Assembly: GCF_916618885.1 (NCBI RefSeq)
Contig: NZ_CAKAKH010000001.1
Coordinates: 1,381,005-1,413,004 of the forward strand
Reading direction: 5' to 3'
Length of the DNA: 32,000 bases
From: Marinilactibacillus sp. Marseille-P9653
GTDB taxonomy: Bacteria > Bacillota > Bacilli > Lactobacillales > Carnobacteriaceae_A
Shown: positions 25,744 to 32,000 of the stretch, one piece after another
Layout: each line of letters opens with the position of its first letter
Numbering within the stretch: position 1 is the first letter of the stretch
Position numbers and translations under genes: made by a program
Notes under the pieces: generated by a model
What the model saw: the letters and a program-made list of their open reading frames with translations, nothing else
What the model was told of the DNA's origin: nothing
The model's database searches: none

Positions 25744-26895
25744 ATGACTTTAGCGCTTAAAGAAAAAATACAATTGAAGGCTCAAGAAATTGGAATAGAT
25801 AAAATTGGATTCACACATGCAGAGCCCTTTTATGACCTAGAAGATAAATTACATAAACAAAAAGAAAAAGGTCATACGTCCGGCTTTGAACATGATGTAA
25901 TTGAAGAACGGATCTATCCTGATAGAATTTTTTCTGAGCCTAAGTCCATTATTGCGATAGCTGTAGCTTATCCTTCAAAGATGGGTACCAAGCCTCCGAG
26001 AGTCAAAGGGGAGAGACGTGGGGAATTTGCTCGAGCGTCATGGGGAACGGATTATCACGATGTACTAAGAGACCGAATGGATCGCTTAATTGAGTACATT
26101 CGAGAAGAGACAAGCTCAGAAACTGAATTCAAGCCAATGGTCGATACTGGTGAACTAGTCGACGTTGCAGTAGCTCAAAGAGCAGGACTTGGATTTATCG
26201 GTAGAAATGGATTGCTGATCACAAAAGAGTTTGGATCATACGTATATCTAGGTGAAATTATTACAAATATTGAATTTGATCCCGATGAAGAGGTCGCTTT
26301 CGGCTGCGGGGACTGTACACGATGTGTAACGGCTTGTCCTACTGGAGCGTTACTCGGAGACGGGCGGATGAATGCTCAGAAATGTCTTTCTTTCCAGACT
26401 CAGACCAAAGGTTACATGCCCAAAGAGTATCGTCGCAGAATGGGTCATGTCATTTATGGATGTGATATCTGTCAGATTGTATGTCCATATAATAAAGGGA
26501 TTGATTCTCATTTTCATGAAGAAATGGAACCTGAACCCGAAAAAACAATGCCATTATTAAAACCTTTACTAACCATATCTAACAAAGAATTCAAAGAGAC
26601 TTATGGAGAAATGGCAGGTTCTTGGAGAGGGAAGAAGCCTCTGCAAAGAAATGCGATTATCGCATTAGCCAATTACCGTGACCGTACAGCAATCCCAGAG
26701 TTACTGAAAGTGGTTGATCAAGATCCACGTCCAATGATCAGAGGAACGGCTGCCTGGGCAATTTCCATGATTTTGAAAAGGGAAGCGAATCCCGATGTCA
26801 TCTTTTTCCTTGAAGAAGCTCTAGCTAAAGAAACGGATCCAGAAACAATCGAAGAATTCACTACAGCAATCGCTTCAATGAAGGAAAATCTGTAA
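25744..26895 (+). CDS. queG: Epoxyqueuosine reductase
   Basis: 383 aa with AAAGGAGG RBS. It has two 4Fe-4S ferredoxin motifs ([12 protein letters not shown] and [11 protein letters not shown]) and a C-terminal HEAT-like region. It is followed by trmL, as in Bacillus. Confidence 0.92.
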   Translation: MTLALKEKIQLKAQEIGIDKIGFTHAEPFYDLEDKLHKQKEKGHTSGFEHDVIEERIYPDRIFSEPKSIIAIAVAYPSKMGTKPPRVKGERRGEFARASWGTDYHDVLRDRMDRLIEYIREETSSETEFKPMVDTGELVDVAVAQRAGLGFIGRNGLLITKEFGSYVYLGEIITNIEFDPDEEVAFGCGDCTRCVTACPTGALLGDGRMNAQKCLSFQTQTKGYMPKEYRRRMGHVIYGCDICQIVCPYNKGIDSHFHEEMEPEPEKTMPLLKPLLTISNKEFKETYGEMAGSWRGKKPLQRNAIIALANYRDRTAIPELLKVVDQDPRPMIRGTAAWAISMILKREANPDVIFFLEEALAKETDPETIEEFTTAIASMKENL

Positions 26896-26934
26896 AACAT
26901 AATATATATTTTTACGAATTAAGGAGATAATGAA

Positions 26935-27444
26935 ATGCCCAATCATATCGTATTATATGAACCACTGATACCAGCGAACACAGGTAATATTTCCAGAACA
27001 TGCGCAGGTACAAATACGCACTTACATTTGATCAAACCGCTAGGGTTTAGTACCGAAGATAAACAATTAAAACGAGCAGGACTCGATTACTGGAACGAAG
27101 TTGAAATTACTTATCATGAAAATTTGGAAGCCTTTATTGAGTATGCAAAGAATGGGAAGTTCTATCTGATTTCTAAATTTGCGAATAAGGTTTATTCAGA
27201 TGAAGACTTCACGGATACAACTCAAGACCACTTTTTTATCTTTGGAAAAGAAACAACGGGTTTACCAGAAGCATTTATGAAAGAATATGAGGAAGATTGT
27301 TTGCGTATTCCAATGAATGACCAACATGTGAGGTCGTTGAATTTATCTAATACAGCGAATATTTTAATTTATGAAGCACTTAGACAACAAAAGTTTTTGA
27401 ATCTTGAATTGACGCACACTTATGAAAATGACAAATTGAAGTAA
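26935..27444 (+). CDS. trmL: tRNA (cytidine/uridine34-2'-O)-methyltransferase TrmL (SpoU/TrmH family)
   Basis: 169 aa. [23 protein letters not shown]...LHLIKPLGF...KRAGLDYW and the C-terminal [14 protein letters not shown] are typical of TrmL/CspR. Confidence 0.92.
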   Translation: MPNHIVLYEPLIPANTGNISRTCAGTNTHLHLIKPLGFSTEDKQLKRAGLDYWNEVEITYHENLEAFIEYAKNGKFYLISKFANKVYSDEDFTDTTQDHFFIFGKETTGLPEAFMKEYEEDCLRIPMNDQHVRSLNLSNTANILIYEALRQQKFLNLELTHTYENDKLK

Positions 27445-27445
27445 G

Positions 27446-27479
27446 AAAAAAAGACTTTCCAGTTGGAAAGTCTTTTTTC
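27446..27479. terminator. Bidirectional terminator between convergent trmL and argS
   Basis: AGACTTTCC pairs with GGAAAGTCT around an AGTT loop (27452-27473). An A-run lies 5' and a T-run 3'. Confidence 0.85.
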
Positions 27480-27480
27480 A

Positions 27481-29175
27481 TTACATTTTATCAGGTGTTT
27501 CGACCCCTAATATAGTAAGGTCTTGTTTCAATAGTTCTGTAACAGCGTAGACAAGGGCAAGTCTTGATTCTTTTTCTGGATGTTCATCCAACACTCGCAC
27601 GTTAGCATAAAACTTGTTGAAAGCCTGGGATAAATGAATCGAATGTTTAGCAATAATAGAAGGCTCATATTGTTTGTAAGCACGAATCAAAGTTTCAGGG
27701 AATTCTTGAATCAGTTTAACGACTTCCCAGCTATAAGAGTCAGTTAAGCTATATTGTTCAGAAGAAGAGAACGATTCTTTTTCTGCTTTTTTAAGGATAC
27801 TCAAACCGCGTGCACGAGTGTATTGCACATAAGGTCCTGTTTCTCCTTCAAATTGAACAACTTCTTCAATCGTGAAGTCAAAATTATTTAAACGGTCATT
27901 TTTAAGGTCATGGAAGACAACTGCACCAACACCAACTTGCTCGGCCACAACTTCTTTGTTTTCAAGTGAAGGATTTTTGTCTTCAATTTGTTGAAGTGCT
28001 AGGCTCGAAGCTTCATTTAACACTTCTTCTAGAAGAACGACTTTACCTTTTCTGGTTGATAACTTTTTACCGTCTTTAGTAATTAGACCAAATGGAATAT
28101 GATGGATATTTTCAGCCCATTCATAACCCATCTCCGTAAGAACGCCTTTTAATTGTTTGAAGTGATTTGATTGTTCTTGACCAACGACATAAAGGGCTTG
28201 AGAGAAGTCATAGTTTTCTTTACGGTAAAGTGCAGCTGCTAAGTCTCTGGTCATATACAGCGTTGCACCATCAGATTTTTTAATAAGGGCAGGGTTTAGA
28301 TTATATTTTTCAAGATCAACAATATGTGCACCTTGATTCAGCGTTAATAGATTTTTCTTGTCTAACAACGAAACAACCGAATCCATTTTATCATTATAAA
28401 AAGCTTCACCTTTATAAGAATCAAACTGAATATTCAAGCGATCATAAACTTTTTGAAATTCAGCTAATGATTCTTCTCTAAACCATGTCCATAGGGAAAT
28501 CGCTTCTTCGTTACCATCTTCTAGCTTTTTAAACCAAGCACGGCCTTCATCTTCAAGTTCAGGATGTTCTTCAGCTTCTTCATGGAATAAGACATATAAT
28601 CTTAACAATTCTTTGATTGGGTTTGCTCGAACGTCTTCTTCAGTACCCCATTTTTTGTATGCAGAGATGAGTTTACCGAATTGAGTTCCCCAGTCACCAA
28701 GGTAATTAATGCGTACAGGGTTATAACCAACTCTAGATAAAATATTTGATAAAGCATTACCAATAACAGTAGATCTTAAGTGGCCCATTGACATCGGTTT
28801 GGCAATGTTAGGGGAAGACATATCGATAGGAACATTTTGCCCGTTACCGATATTGACTGCACCGTAGTGTTCCTTCTGTTCAAGTATTTCTTTTAGAACA
28901 AGCTGACTAACTTGATCTTTTTTCAAAAAGAAGTTCAAGTAAGGACCGACTGTTTGAACCTTTTCAATAATTGGTGAAGACACTTGATCTTGTAATTCAG
29001 CAGCGATTTGTGCTGGATTCTTTCGGAAAAGTTTAGCAAGTTGAAAAGTTGGGAAAGCTAAATCTCCATGTTCAACCATTTTTGGTTTTTCTAAAAGTTG
29101 ATTGATTTCGTTTAATTCTAATTGATCTTTTAAGACGTCGTGTAGCGACTGGGCTACAAGCAATTTATAATCCAA
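27481..29175 (-). CDS. argS: Arginine--tRNA ligase
   Basis: 564 aa with a TTG start 5 nt after AGGAGGA. It has the class I HIGH-type motif (PNIAKPMSMGHLRS) and an anticodon-binding C-terminus (HSIHLSQAFNKFY). Confidence 0.96.
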   Translation of the reverse strand: MDYKLLVAQSLHDVLKDQLELNEINQLLEKPKMVEHGDLAFPTFQLAKLFRKNPAQIAAELQDQVSSPIIEKVQTVGPYLNFFLKKDQVSQLVLKEILEQKEHYGAVNIGNGQNVPIDMSSPNIAKPMSMGHLRSTVIGNALSNILSRVGYNPVRINYLGDWGTQFGKLISAYKKWGTEEDVRANPIKELLRLYVLFHEEAEEHPELEDEGRAWFKKLEDGNEEAISLWTWFREESLAEFQKVYDRLNIQFDSYKGEAFYNDKMDSVVSLLDKKNLLTLNQGAHIVDLEKYNLNPALIKKSDGATLYMTRDLAAALYRKENYDFSQALYVVGQEQSNHFKQLKGVLTEMGYEWAENIHHIPFGLITKDGKKLSTRKGKVVLLEEVLNEASSLALQQIEDKNPSLENKEVVAEQVGVGAVVFHDLKNDRLNNFDFTIEEVVQFEGETGPYVQYTRARGLSILKKAEKESFSSSEQYSLTDSYSWEVVKLIQEFPETLIRAYKQYEPSIIAKHSIHLSQAFNKFYANVRVLDEHPEKESRLALVYAVTELLKQDLTILGVETPDKM

Positions 29176-29298
29176 AAAAATCCTCCTAATTTATATTGTC
29201 CTATTTAATGGTTCAACGTATAATCATTAACTATTCACTTAATTCAGATGAATTATAGTAGTAAACACCTATTTTTACGTTTATGCATAAGCATTTGT

Positions 29299-29327
29299 AT
29301 TATAGCAAAGCTAGATACCGCTAGCAA
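29299..29327 (-). promoter_or_regulatory. Near-consensus sigma-A promoter for argS
   Basis: On the - strand: TTGCTA (29327-29322), a 17-nt spacer, then TATAAT (29304-29299). This predicts a 5' leader of about 115 nt. Confidence 0.6.
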
Positions 29328-29449
29328 CAGTATTCGGTACAGAGTTGATTAGAAAGCGTTTTAATACAAATATAGTGAATTTCTATACGTAATCAGTTAT
29401 AGTAGATAGTATCGAAGTATCTTAAAAATGTACAAGTGGGAGTGACTTT

Positions 29450-29914
29450 ATGAAAAAATCTGAACGACAAATGATGATTAAACAGATGGTGTTAAACGAA
29501 GAGATCGGAACACAAGACGATTTGTTGATTAGACTTAAAGATAAAGGTCTTGAAGCAACTCAAGCAACGATTTCTCGAGATATAAAAGAATTGAATTTAG
29601 TTAAAACACCTAGCTCTAGAGGCGGAACCAAATATACGATTTATCAAAACAATCAACTCACAATAGAAGATAAACTGTCTTCTACTTTGAAAGAAGTTGT
29701 TGAATCGATTACCCGAGTACAATTTATGAATGTAGTAAAGACTATTCCAGGGAATGCGCATGTAGTGGGTGCTTTAATGGATGATATTGATTTTTCCGAA
29801 GTAGTGGGTACGGTTGCAGGCAACGATACAATTATGATCATTTCAAAAGATGAAGAACATGCCACAAATATGTATCAATACCTTTCAAAAAGAGCGAATT
29901 TACTTAATAGATAG
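29450..29914 (+). CDS. argR: Arginine repressor ArgR/AhrC family
   Basis: 154 aa. It has an N-terminal winged helix (TQDDLLIRLKDKGLEATQATISRDIKEL) and a C-terminal oligomerisation/arginine-binding block (VVGTVAGNDTIMII). It is divergent from argS. Confidence 0.92.
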   Translation: MKKSERQMMIKQMVLNEEIGTQDDLLIRLKDKGLEATQATISRDIKELNLVKTPSSRGGTKYTIYQNNQLTIEDKLSSTLKEVVESITRVQFMNVVKTIPGNAHVVGALMDDIDFSEVVGTVAGNDTIMIISKDEEHATNMYQYLSKRANLLNR

Positions 29915-30184
29915 ACTATCCATCTTTATATTTGAACAAATAAAAAATAACAAGCGCTATTATTTGTATTATCTGTATATCCTTATAAAATTTGAAAGTG
30001 TAAGTACTCAATGCATACTTATTCTATAGAGGAGGATATACGATTATGGAAGAAAAAGATTTAAAAATTGCTCATAATATGATGAAATTAAAGTTAAAGA
30101 AATTAGCGGAACAGGTCATTGTAATCACTGGTACGTCAAGTGGGATAGGTTTGGCTACTGCTAGAATGGCAGCAGATAACGGAG

Positions 30185-30206
30185 CTCGTTTGGTCCTCGT
30201 TTGGTC
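30185..30206 (+). repeat. Perfect 11-bp tandem duplication (CTCGTTTGGTC x2) inside the SDR gene
   Basis: Read directly. The units are 30185-30195 and 30196-30206, followed by a 7-nt partial third copy, CTCGTTT. With one copy removed the text reads GARLVLVSRNEEAL. Confidence 0.95.
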
Positions 30207-30905
30207 CTCGTTTCACGAAATGAAGAAGCTTTAAAAACTCTCGTCGAAGAACTTGAGGAGAAGGGTCAGAAAGCCATATACGTAAAAGCAGACGTTGGCG
30301 TTGAAGAGGATGTAAAACGGGTTGCTGAAGAAGCCATAGCAGCGTTCGGACGCTTCGATACATGGGTCAATAATGCCGGCGTTTCTATTTTTGGTCATGC
30401 CATTGATGTAACAATACCAGATATGAAAAAAGTATTTGATACTGTCTACTGGGGAGTCGTTTATGGCTCTAGAGAAGCTGTAAATCATTTTAAAAAAATC
30501 GAGAAGAACCGGGTGCGTTAATTAACGTGGGAAGTCTTTTTGGAGATAGAGGAACTACTGTACAATCAACCTATTCTGCTGCAAAATTTGCTGTCCATGG
30601 CTGGACTGAAAATCTTAGAATGGAGGCAGAAAAAGACCGGATACCTGTATCTGTCACATTGATTCATCCTGGACGAATCGATACACCCTATAATGAACAT
30701 GCTCAAAGCTATTTAGAAAAGCAACCAGGTCATAGAGGGATGATTTATCCTCCAGAAGCTGTAGCGGAAGCCATTCTTTTTGCTGCTGAGCATCCAAAAA
30801 GAGATATGTTTGTCGGGGGACAAGCAAAACTATTGAGTATTTTGGGTAAAGGATTTCCTAGACTAATGGATAAAATAGAAGAATATTATGCATATCCAAC
30901 ACAAC

Positions 30906-30939
30906 ATATTAGCAAACCTTCAATATTAGCAAACCTTCA
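30906..30939 (+). repeat. Perfect 17-bp tandem duplication (ATATTAGCAAACCTTCA x2) inside the SDR gene
   Basis: Read directly. The units are 30906-30922 and 30923-30939. With one copy removed the text reads PTQHISKPSKPKDDSALHKAGYGMHERG... and continues to the stop at 31104. Confidence 0.95.
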
Positions 30940-31126
30940 AAACCAAAAGACGATAGTGCTTTACACAAAGCTGGATACGGCATGCATGAGCGCGGTACAA
31001 GCGAAGGTTGGAGAAGAAAATCAAGCCTTTATGTAAAAGCCTCTAAACATTCTGTACTCTCAACAGTAGTATTAGGAAGCGTAGCCTCACTGCTCATGGA
31101 TTAATCAAAAAAAAATAATGATAAAA

Positions 31127-31178
31127 AAAGGTCAGAGAGTTTGAGGAATAAATTCCTACTCTCTGACCTTTCTTGTTT
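31127..31178. terminator. Bidirectional terminator between the SDR pseudogene and zwf
   Basis: AAAGGTCAGAGAG (31127-31139) pairs with CTCTCTGACCTTT (31159-31171), with an inner AGGAAT/ATTCCT stem. An A-run lies 5' and a T-rich tract 3'. Confidence 0.8.
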
Positions 31179-32000
31179 TTATTTTTCTGGATTCCAAACC
31201 CATTGATGTCCTAGTTTTTCCAAAAGCATGTCCGCTTCATCCGGTCCCATTGTTCCGGCTTCATATTTAGCAGGATTTTCAGAGTCCTTATCCCATGCTT
31301 CACGGATAGAGTCGACGTATTTCCAAGAATTCGAAACTTCTTCCCAGTGAGCAAAATGCGTTCTGTCCCCATTCAAACCATCTAAAATCAGCTTTTCATA
31401 AGCTTCAGGGCTTTCCTGAATGGTTCCTTCAGTTCTAAGATGATCAAATTGCATTGTTGTCGTATCCATACTCATTCCGATTTTTTTCTCGTTTAATTGA
31501 ATAGAAAATCCTTCGCTCGGTCCAAGATACATCGTGATGACGTTAGCATCTGTAGACTTGTCAGTGTAAAGAGAGTGGGTAGTTTTTTTGAATACTACGT
31601 TGATTTGAGCTTCTTTTTTAGTCATTCTTTTTCCAGTTCTTATATAGATTGGAACACCTGACCAGCGATCATTTTCGATTTCGATTTTACCGGCTACATA
31701 CGTTTCAGTTGTTGAATCTTCAGAAACATTTTCTTCTTCTAAATAGCCTTGTAGAGACTTTTTGTCAGAGTGAGTATATTGCGCACGTACAAAGTTATCC
31801 TTAACGTCTTGAGGGGATAAAGCTTTAAGTGATTCTAAAACATTCATTTTTTTCTCTCTAATTTCATCTGAATTAAAAGAATGGGGTGCTTCCATTGTCA
31901 ACAGACTGAAAATCTGCATAATATGATTTTGAACCATATCTCTTAAAGCACCACTTTTATCATAATAACCAGCACGTTCTTCGACGCCTAATTCTTCGCT
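31179..32000 (-). CDS. zwf: Glucose-6-phosphate 1-dehydrogenase (C-terminal part; the N-terminus lies beyond the window edge)
   Basis: The reading frame stays open to position 32000 (..EERAGYYDKSGALRDMVQNHIMQ..). It has the conserved G6PD block RDMVQNH and the C-terminal dimerisation domain. The listed Met at 31937 is internal. Confidence 0.95.
   Translation of the reverse strand, partial: SEELGVEERAGYYDKSGALRDMVQNHIMQIFSLLTMEAPHSFNSDEIREKKMNVLESLKALSPQDVKDNFVRAQYTHSDKKSLQGYLEEENVSEDSTTETYVAGKIEIENDRWSGVPIYIRTGKRMTKKEAQINVVFKKTTHSLYTDKSTDANVITMYLGPSEGFSIQLNEKKIGMSMDTTTMQFDHLRTEGTIQESPEAYEKLILDGLNGDRTHFAHWEEVSNSWKYVDSIREAWDKDSENPAKYEAGTMGPDEADMLLEKLGHQWVWNPEK

Larger units (their letters stand above)
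30046..31104 (+). pseudogene. Short-chain dehydrogenase/reductase (SDR) gene disrupted by three frameshifting lesions
   Basis: SDR motifs are split across three frames: VIVITGTSSGIG (frame 1), NNAG and the central beta-strands (frame 0), YSAAKFAV (YxxxK) and beyond (frame 2), and the C-terminal tail to the TAA at 31102-31104 (frame 1). Removing one copy each of the 11-bp and 17-bp duplications and adding one A to the A7 run restores a single ORF of about 343 codons. Confidence 0.85.

Noticed and set aside
12319-29175. Several genes use non-ATG start codons: TTG for ypiB, asnS and argS, and GTG for ypjD, ypmB, dnaD and the PilX-like gene.
   Set aside because: Each has a good Shine-Dalgarno sequence at normal spacing. 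This frequency of TTG/GTG starts is within the normal range for low-GC Firmicutes, so it is not an anomaly.
29176-29298. A T-box leader could lie upstream of argS.
   Set aside because: There is no T-box consensus sequence, no specifier-loop architecture, and no terminator/antiterminator pair in the ~115-nt leader.
30201-31036. ORFs 30201-30521 and 30527-31036 could be treated as independent genes.
   Set aside because: They are consecutive fragments of one SDR domain, separated by an 11-bp duplication and a homopolymer frameshift. Neither has its own RBS, and 30527 would need a GTG start inside a conserved beta-strand.
1-32000. I looked for signs of mobile DNA or defence islands: CRISPR repeats, transposase, integrase or recombinase genes, toxin-antitoxin pairs, restriction-modification genes, and tRNA integration sites.
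   Set aside because: I found none. There are no regularly spaced repeats, no tRNA-like sequences, and no ORF with recombinase or nuclease-defence motifs. The only accessory-looking block is the pilus operon.

Overview
AT-rich chromosomal segment from a low-GC Firmicute of class Bacilli. The orders ypiA-ypiB-ypjD-cca-dinG-ypmB-asnS-dnaD-nth, queG-trmL and divergent argS/argR are typical of Bacillales/Lactobacillales; the exact taxon cannot be determined from sequence alone. I found no rRNA, tRNA, CRISPR array, IS/transposase, integrase or phage genes. Positions 45-10823 are one tightly packed + strand operon with overlapping or near-abutting genes. It encodes a complete monoderm type IV pilus machine: three minor-pilin-like proteins (one a 505-aa PilX-type protein), PilB, the retraction ATPase PilT, PilC, a major pilin, the prepilin peptidase PilD, and PilM/N/O. 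A GAF-like/GGDEF diguanylate cyclase heads the operon and overlaps the first pilin gene by 41 nt. This cyclase-pilus coupling is the most interesting candidate system in the window. The rest is mostly housekeeping, with these local oddities: (1) an endonuclease III whose C-terminus lacks the four-cysteine Fe-S motif; (2) a monocistronic arcA with a near-consensus ARG box and no arcB/C/D nearby; (3) an orphan promoter-to-terminator unit of about 130 nt between rlmA and queG, a candidate sRNA or leader; (4) an SDR oxidoreductase gene inactivated by three frame-breaking lesions, two of them perfect short tandem duplications of 11 bp and 17 bp. All calls rest on reading the ORF translations and the DNA by eye. 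No database search was run.
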